A stretch of 64,000 bases of DNA, taken from positions 32,001-96,000 of the forward strand of contig BTVY01000012.1 in NCBI GenBank assembly GCA_045863335.1, written 5' to 3'. The position numbers and the translations under genes were made by a program. Shown here piece after piece: positions 19,842 to 28,581 of this stretch. The notes under the pieces were generated by a model, which searched no databases, was not told the DNA's origin, and saw nothing but the letters and a program-made list of their open reading frames with translations. How positions within the stretch are numbered: the stretch's first letter is position 1; every line of letters begins with the position of its first letter. The DNA comes from Candidatus Hydrogenedentota bacterium (GTDB lineage Bacteria; Hydrogenedentota; Hydrogenedentia; Hydrogenedentales; SLHB01).

Positions 19842-21617
19842 ATGACCGCAATACTCATCCTGTCGGCAACAATGTTCGCGGCGCCGTCCGAAATCGTCTA
19901 TTTCGATATGCAGCAGTGTCTGGCGGAACTGCCGGACGATTCGGTGCTGCGGTACGACGCAGTGAAACTGGTCGCGTCGCTGCAAGGGCTCGTCAACCGC
20001 GAGGAACCGCGCCTCGTCATCCGCTTTCTGGCCGGGCCAGGCCCCGAGGGCGCGATCAACATCGACGACTATTGGCTCGCCCGGATGCAGAAAGGCTGGT
20101 TGAAGGAACTTCCGGTTCGGCGCATGGCGTCGCTCGACGACCTGCTCGCCCACTTCGAAGCGGACCTGCGGGGCGTCGTCGTGTGGGATCCGAGAGTCGT
20201 CGCGACGGCCAATGTGGCGGCGACGATTTGCGGCGTGGAAGGTTGGTTGCCGGTCCGCGCGGACTCGGCCCTGTACGCGCGCATCGTGGATGGCGGACCG
20301 CATTCGCCGGTGAAGATGTCGCTCGTCGATACGTTCGACGGGGCGCGAAGCGGGAGCGCCAAGTGCGACGCGTATCTCTGGGCGAAGGAGGAGTATCTGG
20401 ACAAGGGCCGCTGCAATCCCGAGTTGATGGCCTACTACATCGACGCCTATTCGCAACAACCGGACAAGCCGGGATTTCATTACCACGATCTGCACAACGC
20501 GACGCTTGCGAACCACGACTACTACATCGCGAACCGTGCGTTCTTTTTCGATCTGGGCCCCTGGGCCGACGAGGTCCCCGTCGACGATCCTGGCCAACCG
20601 CTTGGAACGGATCATGCCACGTTGCTTGCGCTGCTCCGTTCCCAGTACGGGCAGAACCAGGGAAAGGCTTTTACGACGGTCGGCGGTTTCGTGCCGTGGA
20701 ACCTGAAGTACACGAACCACGGCCCCGCCGGGGGCACGCATGAACCGGTGCCCACGGAATGGGAGTACGCGGCCATCCTGTCGGCGCACAACGCCATCAT
20801 GGACGCGGATGCGCTCGGTCTTTCGTGTATGACGAATGCGTCCGCTTACATGCACTACCCGTTGAACCGGCGCTACAAGCAGAATATTCGTCCTGAGCCG
20901 CAGCCATTGGAGAAGAAGACCTACGTGCTCGTGTACATGGGTGATTACGATTCGGCGGCGTGGCTATCGACGCATATTCCGTCCGTATGGGACGACTCCG
21001 TGCGCGGGGAGTTCCCCATCGCGTGGGCCTTCAATCCGAATCTCGCCGCGCGCGCGCCCTACGTATTCGACTATATCTACGCGACGAAATCGGCCAACGA
21101 TTGGTTCATCGCGGGCGATTCGGGCGCGGGATACCTCAATCCCAATCTCCTCACCGGCGACCGGCTCGGCAGCGGCTTGCCGGACGCGCTCGATCTGTGG
21201 GTGAAGCACAACCGCGCGTGGTATCAGCGGTTCGATTATTCCATTACCGGATTCGTCATCAACGGCTTCCACGGCGACATGCCGCTACGCGTCCAAGAAG
21301 CCTACGCACAATTCTCACCCGACGGGGTAGGTATGCAATTGGGGTTCGTGAAGCCCCTCGTGAACGGGACGCCCTTCGTCCGCCACGTGAGCGACATTTA
21401 CCCCAAGCGCGACAACCTCGCGGCGACGGCGGCCGAGATGGCCCGATTCGCGAAGCCGGAGAAGCCGCAGTTCCTCATCTACCGCATGATCCTGCAACGT
21501 CCGGAGACCCTCAAAGGCGTATACGATCACCTTCGCCGCGACTTTCCGGGCGAAAACTGGGAGATCTGCGACCCCTACACGTTCTTCGACCTGTACAAAC
21601 GATCGCTCCAGAACTGA
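19842..21617 (+). CDS. GxGYxYP family putative glycoside hydrolase
   Basis: SLQGLVNR, YMGDYD and SGAGYLNP motifs. Confidence 0.85.
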   Translation: MTAILILSATMFAAPSEIVYFDMQQCLAELPDDSVLRYDAVKLVASLQGLVNREEPRLVIRFLAGPGPEGAINIDDYWLARMQKGWLKELPVRRMASLDDLLAHFEADLRGVVVWDPRVVATANVAATICGVEGWLPVRADSALYARIVDGGPHSPVKMSLVDTFDGARSGSAKCDAYLWAKEEYLDKGRCNPELMAYYIDAYSQQPDKPGFHYHDLHNATLANHDYYIANRAFFFDLGPWADEVPVDDPGQPLGTDHATLLALLRSQYGQNQGKAFTTVGGFVPWNLKYTNHGPAGGTHEPVPTEWEYAAILSAHNAIMDADALGLSCMTNASAYMHYPLNRRYKQNIRPEPQPLEKKTYVLVYMGDYDSAAWLSTHIPSVWDDSVRGEFPIAWAFNPNLAARAPYVFDYIYATKSANDWFIAGDSGAGYLNPNLLTGDRLGSGLPDALDLWVKHNRAWYQRFDYSITGFVINGFHGDMPLRVQEAYAQFSPDGVGMQLGFVKPLVNGTPFVRHVSDIYPKRDNLAATAAEMARFAKPEKPQFLIYRMILQRPETLKGVYDHLRRDFPGENWEICDPYTFFDLYKRSLQN

Positions 21618-21838
21618 GCGGCGGAGGCCGGTGCCTGGAAATTGGGGCTGAGTCTGCCGGTTCCAGCATCGAGACGAGGTCAGCCGCAACGGCGAACGTG
21701 ATCTGAGAACCGGTATCGATTTCAAATCTGAGATCTCAGACTGGGAAAATGCGATACCAAGGCGTGTAGCCAGCGGGCGAAGGCTCGTTCGTTGCGAAGA
21801 ATTCTCCGGTCGACTCCACTGCAAAGGAAAGAAAAACA

Positions 21839-21917
21839 TTAGCCACAAAAGAACACATAGGACGCGAAAAGGAAAGAACAAGTTACTCTTGCGTTCTATG
21901 CGTTCTTTTGTGGCCAA
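21839..21917. repeat. Orphan copy of the GxxExxY-associated hairpin
   Basis: ttagccacaaaagaacacataggacgcg ... cttgcgttctatgcgttcttttgtggccaa. Confidence 0.85.
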
Positions 21918-22104
21918 AACACAGATGCAATAGGCATTGTAGATGAATATTTCCAATTCACTACGCGAAACTTGCAGGTTCCCATAGAAACCTGTATCCA
22001 AGAGGCGGGCCCGAGCGGCGGAGGCCAGTCGCGGGGCGTTCCGTTTTGTGCTAAGCTTTGGTGTGCGCTGGTTCCGGGATTTCTTCAACTGTCAGGAGTG
22101 TGCC

Positions 22105-23046
22105 ATGCCGTTATTCCGCCGTTCTTTCGTACTTGCCGTCCTTGCCTTCCTGTTCGTCGGGATTCTCCACGCACAGGAGAAGCACACGCTTCGCCTCAAT
22201 CTCGAACCGGGCCAGGAATTCCAACAGCGAATGGCGATGACTCAGACCATCGATCAGGTGATGAACGGCATTACGATTACGATGAACCAGGACATGACCC
22301 TCGACTACGCGTACAAGGTTACGGATCGGGACGCTGATGACGTGGCCACCGTCGAATGCACGTACCAACGCATCGCATCCAAGGTGAGCACGCAGGGGAT
22401 GGCGGTGTCGTACGATTCCGCGAATACAGACACGCCCGTTTCCGCGGAATTCCGGCCCATGGCCGCCATGGTGGGCAAATCGTTCACCATGCGGATCAGT
22501 CCACTGGGAACGGTCGAATCCACCGAAGGCTTATCGGAAATCCTGGACGCGGTCGTGGCGGAGATGTCGATGGAAGGCCCCGCGCGCGAGCAGGTCATCG
22601 CCAATATGAAGAACCAGTTCGGTGAAGAGGCCATGAAGGACTTGATCGAACAGGCAATGGCCATTTACCCGTCCGAACCGGTCGCGGTTGGCGACACGTG
22701 GAAGAAGACGCTGGACATTCGCCAAGTGGTTCCTATGCAGTTGGACAACACGTGGGTCCTGAAGGAAGTCAATAATGACACAGCAACCCTTGAAGTCACC
22801 TCGCTAATCGCCCCTCCCGGTGACGACACGAAGGTCGACATGATGGGGATGGAACTTGATGTGCGGCTCGAAGGCGCGCAAAGCGGCACCTCTACCATCG
22901 ATCGAAAGACCGGGTGGGTCGTTTCGAGTACCGTGAATCAGAATGTCGACGGCGAGATGGTCTTCCCGGCTGAAGCGGGGGCGCCGACAGGCATGACGAT
23001 TCCTATTGGGATTCGCAGCACGGTCGAATTGGGACCGGTGGAATAG
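22105..23046 (+). CDS. Secreted DUF6263-like protein
   Basis: Signal peptide; YDS, GKSF.M.ISP.G, YP..PVAVGDTW and IDRKTGW motifs. Confidence 0.75.
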   Translation: MPLFRRSFVLAVLAFLFVGILHAQEKHTLRLNLEPGQEFQQRMAMTQTIDQVMNGITITMNQDMTLDYAYKVTDRDADDVATVECTYQRIASKVSTQGMAVSYDSANTDTPVSAEFRPMAAMVGKSFTMRISPLGTVESTEGLSEILDAVVAEMSMEGPAREQVIANMKNQFGEEAMKDLIEQAMAIYPSEPVAVGDTWKKTLDIRQVVPMQLDNTWVLKEVNNDTATLEVTSLIAPPGDDTKVDMMGMELDVRLEGAQSGTSTIDRKTGWVVSSTVNQNVDGEMVFPAEAGAPTGMTIPIGIRSTVELGPVE

Positions 23047-23118
23047 CCTTCGGGTCTCTACGCCACCGGCGGAATCAGTCGTCTGCCACTCCCGCCCCGT
23101 TGGAAAGGAAGACGTACC

Positions 23119-25641
23119 ATGACTCCTCTCCTGATTGTTGCTGCGTGTTGCCTGGTGCAAGCGCCCGATCCCGCCTGGATCGACCTGGCTGCGGATTGGC
23201 GATTCAAACCGGATCCGGAGCATGTGGGGCTGCGCGACGGGTGGCTCAGCGTTTCCTATGACGACAGCGAATGGACTGCGCTCGACGCCGGGACCCGTTG
23301 GGAGGACCAAGGATTCCCGGAGTTGGACGGCTTCGCCTGGTACCGGCGCTGGGTAGACGTGCCGGCGTTGTGGGGCGGCGCAAAGGCCTGGCTTACCCTC
23401 GGCGCGGTAAACGACGCGTGCACGGTCTACTGTAACGGCGTGCGCATTAATTCTTACGGCGACGAGTCCGGACGGTCGGTGGCGAACACGCCCATCATTG
23501 CCGAGCTAAGCGCGCACCTGAAGCCGGGCGAGGCCAACCTGATCGCCATCGAGTGCCTGGATTGGGGCGGCAGCGGCGGCCTCTGGCAGTTGCCGTGCGC
23601 CATCACGACGGACCCGAACCGGTTGCCGGCCGATTCCGCGATCGCGTGCGTCAGCCAGTACGACGCGAAGCGCATCATCACTACGGTGGACCTGTCGGGA
23701 CTTGGCAACGACCGTCCCGATACCACGCTGCGCCTGGGGGTATTCAAAGGCGATAAGGATAGCCCCGCGGCCGAGACGTCGCTCGTGCTTCCGGCCGATG
23801 CGTTCGCAGCGACTGCCGTGTTCGACCTGAAGAGCCCCGACGCGGGCGATGTGTTTCACGTGCGGCTCCTGGCGGCCGAACCCGGCGACTCGGCTTTGGC
23901 AGGGTTGCCCATCGACCGAGCCGTGCCCTGGCCGGAAGCGCCCGGGTGGCCAGGCGACTATGCCGATCTTCCCGTGCGGAACAATTTTGTGACGGAGCTG
24001 CTGCGCGTGGAACTCGACGAAGCCGGTGGCGCGGATTATTCCATCCTCAATCCACGGAACGGGTGGATCTTCATCTCGGCGCAAACCGAACTCGAACAAG
24101 GGCCGCAAGTGGTCATCGACGGCGAGAACAATCCGGTGCAGTGGCGGCGCAACCCTGAGACCGGCGCATTCGAGGCGATGCGGTACCAGTCGGAAGGCAA
24201 GCACAATATTGCCGTGGCGGCGAATGCGAAAGGCACGTTCGAGGTGCTCACGGTGCCTGAGTTGATGTACTGCTACTACCCCGCGACGCCGCATATCGCG
24301 CCGTACGGGCCATACGATTGGGCCTACGTGTCGCGTCATGTGCTGCCGCACGTCAATACCATCGTGACGGCGGGACCCGAACAGGAAGCCTTCGACCAAT
24401 GGCGGAGCGAGGGCCGGGCCTGGATCAGCAACGCGTCGTTGCCGGGTCTGGCGAGCGCCCAAGCGCCGACGGTGGATCAGGTGTACGAAGCGTGGCGCGC
24501 TAATCCGGGAGTCACTCAGGAAGGGTACTCGGGGATGATCGTGGACGAGTTCCTCTTCGCGGGCGACGACTATTACGCGGCGTGGACAGGAGCGCTGGAG
24601 CGTCTCGCGCACGACCCCGCGTTCGAACACCGCAAGTTCTACGCGTGGTGCGGCGACCTGTACGAGTATCCGTCGAGCGCCACGTTCCAGCAGCAGATCG
24701 CGGAACTGGGGCACCGGTTCGCCTGGGAGAAGTACTTGCCCGAAGCGCGTACGCCGGAAGCGGCCGCGTCCGAGATCGCGCGCAACTTTCAGCAGGACTT
24801 GTCCGTCTGGCAAGCATCCATGCCGGACGTGGCGCAGCGGACGATCATGACGTTGGGATACCTCTGTGCGCCGCCGGAGAGTCTGAACCGTGACCCCGCA
24901 GTCGATTACCACGTGTTCATGGACATGCAGTTTCACCATCTCGCCACGGAGCCGGCCTTGTGGGGCCTTTACGGCATCATGGAATACTCGGCAAGTTATG
25001 CGGACGAGGAATCGCTGCGCTGGGCGCACCAGTTGTTCCGGCACTATTGCATCGAGGGGAACAGGGAACGGTTGACCAGCGATCCGTATGTGCTGCCGCA
25101 CATCGAGAATCCAGACTTCCTGTACGGGTTGCAGGGATGGGACGTCGTCGCGGCGGCAGACGGTTCGATTGACACCGGCGTCATGGAGGGCTTCAGTTGG
25201 CTTCAGGGCCGGTATCCGCGCGTCGGAATCGGCGATCAGTACGCGCGCATGACTCGATCGGGGGAACGTCCGAACCGGATCAGCCAGACGATCCGGGCGC
25301 TCGAACCGGGACGGCTCTATTCGGTGAAAGCGATCGCGGCGGACTTGAACGACCTTGGCAAAGAGCAGAGCGTGGCGTTGCGAATCCAAGTTGCGGAAGC
25401 GGAGCCGGTGCCGGAGTTCTGCTTCGTGTACGCGTACCCCAGCAACTATGCGCATACGTTTGGCGATTTCAACCGGGAGCACCCAGCGTGGTTCACGTTC
25501 CAGCGGTATGTATTTCGCGCCACCAGCGAAACAGCAACGCTGCACGTTCTCGACTGGGTGGCGGAAGATACGCCGGGCGGCGATACGGGACAGGAAATCG
25601 GGTTCAACTTTATCGAGGTACAACCATTCCGCGAGCCGTAG
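23119..25641 (+). CDS. Secreted multidomain carbohydrate-active protein with an N-terminal GH2-type sugar-binding domain
   Basis: WRFKPD, WEDQGF..LDGFAWYRR, LGAVND..TVYCNG, GGSGGLW; C-terminal CBM-like NPDF..GL.GW. Confidence 0.7.
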   Translation: MTPLLIVAACCLVQAPDPAWIDLAADWRFKPDPEHVGLRDGWLSVSYDDSEWTALDAGTRWEDQGFPELDGFAWYRRWVDVPALWGGAKAWLTLGAVNDACTVYCNGVRINSYGDESGRSVANTPIIAELSAHLKPGEANLIAIECLDWGGSGGLWQLPCAITTDPNRLPADSAIACVSQYDAKRIITTVDLSGLGNDRPDTTLRLGVFKGDKDSPAAETSLVLPADAFAATAVFDLKSPDAGDVFHVRLLAAEPGDSALAGLPIDRAVPWPEAPGWPGDYADLPVRNNFVTELLRVELDEAGGADYSILNPRNGWIFISAQTELEQGPQVVIDGENNPVQWRRNPETGAFEAMRYQSEGKHNIAVAANAKGTFEVLTVPELMYCYYPATPHIAPYGPYDWAYVSRHVLPHVNTIVTAGPEQEAFDQWRSEGRAWISNASLPGLASAQAPTVDQVYEAWRANPGVTQEGYSGMIVDEFLFAGDDYYAAWTGALERLAHDPAFEHRKFYAWCGDLYEYPSSATFQQQIAELGHRFAWEKYLPEARTPEAAASEIARNFQQDLSVWQASMPDVAQRTIMTLGYLCAPPESLNRDPAVDYHVFMDMQFHHLATEPALWGLYGIMEYSASYADEESLRWAHQLFRHYCIEGNRERLTSDPYVLPHIENPDFLYGLQGWDVVAAADGSIDTGVMEGFSWLQGRYPRVGIGDQYARMTRSGERPNRISQTIRALEPGRLYSVKAIAADLNDLGKEQSVALRIQVAEAEPVPEFCFVYAYPSNYAHTFGDFNREHPAWFTFQRYVFRATSETATLHVLDWVAEDTPGGDTGQEIGFNFIEVQPFREP

Positions 25642-25691
25642 TAAAGATCACAGGTGAGGGCACCTGTGTCTTTCTTGGTTGCGGTCGAGGC

Positions 25692-26261
25692 CTACGGCGA
25701 TGTGCAGGAGGCCGTGCCAATCAATCTCACCAACTCCTCAACCGCCATGGCCCGGTCCAGGTCGGCATCGTAGATTGCAGAAACCTTCTTGCGCGCGGCG
25801 CCCACGTCTCCGCTGCCCTTCCCACGGGAGATGAGTTCCCGGCACAAGTCCGGCATGGGACCCCAGTTGCCGCATTCCACAAACTGGTCGCTGAGGAAGA
25901 CAAACTTCGGGATGGCTTCACCGCCGTTGGTCAGGAATCGGACGAACACGTCGGGATGCTGCTCGCGGGTGATGAAGCGTAGCTTCACGTTTGGACCGGC
26001 CTCGGCGAGCCGCTGCAGTACGGGCACGTGACGCACCACGTCGCCGCACCAGTCCTCCGCGATGGCGATGATATGCACCGGCCTCGGTACCGCTGCGAGA
26101 AAGGCTTCCACGTGCGGTTCGAGGGCAAGTTGCTTTCGCGCTTCCTCCATCTTGCGCGCGTGACTTCGATCTTCGGCTCCGGCCAGCCATGCGGCATAGT
26201 CTTTGCCCGAATGGAATACGGATTTCCAGTTGATTGTCGGAAGAACCGGCGGACGCGGCAT
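25692..26261 (-). CDS. Thioredoxin-like protein (WCGD type)
   Basis: AEDWCGD, LTNGG.AIP and WGP motifs. Confidence 0.88.
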   Translation of the reverse strand: MPRPPVLPTINWKSVFHSGKDYAAWLAGAEDRSHARKMEEARKQLALEPHVEAFLAAVPRPVHIIAIAEDWCGDVVRHVPVLQRLAEAGPNVKLRFITREQHPDVFVRFLTNGGEAIPKFVFLSDQFVECGNWGPMPDLCRELISRGKGSGDVGAARKKVSAIYDADLDRAMAVEELVRLIGTASCTSP

Positions 26262-26368
26262 TGCGATCTTCTCCTGATTGATACGATTCGGGTATACCCA
26301 TGAAACGGCAGGAAAGGCCGGAATATTTCACCGGGAAGGCAAGGCGCAGTTGCCCGTGGGAATGCGCG

Positions 26369-28210
26369 TCAGAAGATCTTCTCGATGTATACCGAGTCGT
26401 TGCCTTCGAACCGGGCGTTGGCGGCCGCCTCGGTTCCAAGTCGAACTACGCCGTCTTCGCCGATTCCCGTGATACGGAGATGCACCGAACGCAACCCGCC
26501 GAACCACCAGCGGCGGTCGCAGACGTAGATCAGATCCCCCACTTCCGCGTGCATTGCATCCAGCGCGGATTGCGGCAGCACGGCCGCTTCCTCATCGGTC
26601 ATCGTGTCATCGATGATGACCCGAAGGTGCGGGCGGCGCCCGGCCTTGAGATTAAGTTCGCCACCTTTGTACGAGCGCATGGCGTCAAGTTGAGTACCTG
26701 TCGTCAGCCCGACAATCGACTCCGCCGCGCGCGCCTTCGTGAACCACGTCACAACGATGCCGATTCCCGTGCAGATGACCATTCCGTACAGGGCGCGCAT
26801 GAAATTGTAGCTGTTTGGTCCCATGCCGAAGGCGAAGGGTTGAATGAGCAGCGCGTCAAGCTTAGGCACGAAACTCAAGAAGACCGCGATCAGCCCCGCC
26901 ACCATGGTCGCCACGGCGGCGGCGGGGGTATATCGCTTCCAGAGAACGCCCAGCAGGATGGCAATGACAATAGGCGGAGTCACGGCAGCCGTGAACATGG
27001 CGTGGGCGTTGTAAATGCTCTTCGACATCATGAACACGGGAACGAGCGCGATGCCGAGCAGACAGGTGGTCACGCTGCTGAACCGCGCCACGATCAGATA
27101 GTGGCGATCTTCCGCGTTGCGGTGCACGTAGGGACGATAGATATCGTTCACGAAGATCGCGCTGACTGCCGTAATCAAGGTATCCGCCGTGCTCATGAGC
27201 GCGGCCGTCAACGCCGCGAGCACGAAACCGAAAACGCCCGGCGCGCAGAGAAAGTGAGCCGCGTCAATGAAGGCGTCCTTGTCCTCGGTCACGAGTTCGC
27301 CGTTTTCGACAAGGGCCCGGGCAACCCATCCGCCGCTGCTGACGGTGATGGCCGCGAGGGGTGCGAGGACGAGGATCCAGAACACGGCCATCTTGCGCGC
27401 GTCCGCGACGGTTCGGATGGAAAGAAAGCGCATGATCATGCCTTGGTTCATCAACACGAAGGCGCCCGTATTGGCGAGACCGTCTTGCGCAAAGAGCCCG
27501 ACAAAGCTGAAATCGTCGGGCCGGTTGAACTCGGAAAAGGCGAAGCGGTGCGACTGGGGCAGCAGCGCCCAGAAATCGCCGAAGCCGCCCACGTGGTAGA
27601 CACCCACGAAGAACAGTCCCAGCCCGGCCACAAGGAGGATCATCCCCTGGGCAAGGTCCGTCATGATGACGGAGGTCTGGCCGCCGGCAAACATGTACAG
27701 CATGACGGCGAAGCCCGCCGCCACGGCGCCCATCATGACAGGCCAGCCAAGGAGGGTGTTCAGGGCCTGTCCAAGCGTGTAGAGATTTACGCCCACGTAG
27801 CCGACGAGATAGAGCAGGATCAGACCGGTGGCGGCCATGCGCGCGCCGGTACCGAAACGCCGCTCGAAATATTCGGGCACCGATTGAATGCGCCCGAAGT
27901 AGATAATGGGGAGCCAGACAAGAAGGAGGATGGGAATCCAGAACCAGTCGTTGAGATAGGTCTGCGTGCTTCCGATGCCGTACTTGAAGCCGACCTGGCT
28001 GTACTTGATGAAGCTGTAGCTGCCGACGGTCGTCGCGATGCCGGAGAACGCGATCAACCACCACGCAAACCGTTGGCCGCCGAAGAAGAAGTCCTTGGTG
28101 CTGCGGGTGTATTTGCCAAACCAGAGCCCGAAGCCGACCACGCACACGAAATAGGCAATGATGACGACGTAATCGAGGGGTTCGCCCTTGAGGTTTTGGG
28201 TATCGATCAT
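26369..28210 (-). CDS. Sodium:solute symporter with a C-terminal soluble extension
   Basis: DFFFGG, SVPEYFERRFG, GGQTSVIMTD and AALMSTAD motifs; ATG overlaps the upstream stop. Confidence 0.93.
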   Translation of the reverse strand: MIDTQNLKGEPLDYVVIIAYFVCVVGFGLWFGKYTRSTKDFFFGGQRFAWWLIAFSGIATTVGSYSFIKYSQVGFKYGIGSTQTYLNDWFWIPILLLVWLPIIYFGRIQSVPEYFERRFGTGARMAATGLILLYLVGYVGVNLYTLGQALNTLLGWPVMMGAVAAGFAVMLYMFAGGQTSVIMTDLAQGMILLVAGLGLFFVGVYHVGGFGDFWALLPQSHRFAFSEFNRPDDFSFVGLFAQDGLANTGAFVLMNQGMIMRFLSIRTVADARKMAVFWILVLAPLAAITVSSGGWVARALVENGELVTEDKDAFIDAAHFLCAPGVFGFVLAALTAALMSTADTLITAVSAIFVNDIYRPYVHRNAEDRHYLIVARFSSVTTCLLGIALVPVFMMSKSIYNAHAMFTAAVTPPIVIAILLGVLWKRYTPAAAVATMVAGLIAVFLSFVPKLDALLIQPFAFGMGPNSYNFMRALYGMVICTGIGIVVTWFTKARAAESIVGLTTGTQLDAMRSYKGGELNLKAGRRPHLRVIIDDTMTDEEAAVLPQSALDAMHAEVGDLIYVCDRRWWFGGLRSVHLRITGIGEDGVVRLGTEAAANARFEGNDSVYIEKIF

Positions 28211-28434
28211 GGCGCGACCGCCTCGGCCGGCAGGTAGGGCAGCCAAAAGGTAAAGGCGCAGTAAAAAATCAGCAACCCAACAAAGCCGCCCACGATCGTC
28301 CATACGATCCGCTGGTCGCGCGGGTCCTTGAGGTTGATGTACCCGCTGCTGACCCCGCACCACACGCCGATCGCGCAGAGCACGGCGCCAACGCCGAACT
28401 CAACGAGAATCGGCAAAATTCGTTCCATACCCAT
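28207..28434 (-). CDS. Small 2-TM protein coupled to the symporter
   Basis: MGMERILPILVEFGVGAVLCAIGVW...WLPYLP; ATGA overlap with the symporter start. Confidence 0.7.
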   Translation of the reverse strand: MGMERILPILVEFGVGAVLCAIGVWCGVSSGYINLKDPRDQRIVWTIVGGFVGLLIFYCAFTFWLPYLPAEAVAP

Positions 28435-28581
28435 GATTTGCCCGGCCCCTTTACGTGATAAAAGAACACGTCGTGGGATAATAGCGGCTGTATCCCGGTT
28501 GCGCAACCCTTGTTGCTGTAGTCCCGCCGTGAACCTTGTGTACAATGGTTCATTCCGAAGTGAGCAAGGGAGTATCTCCGC

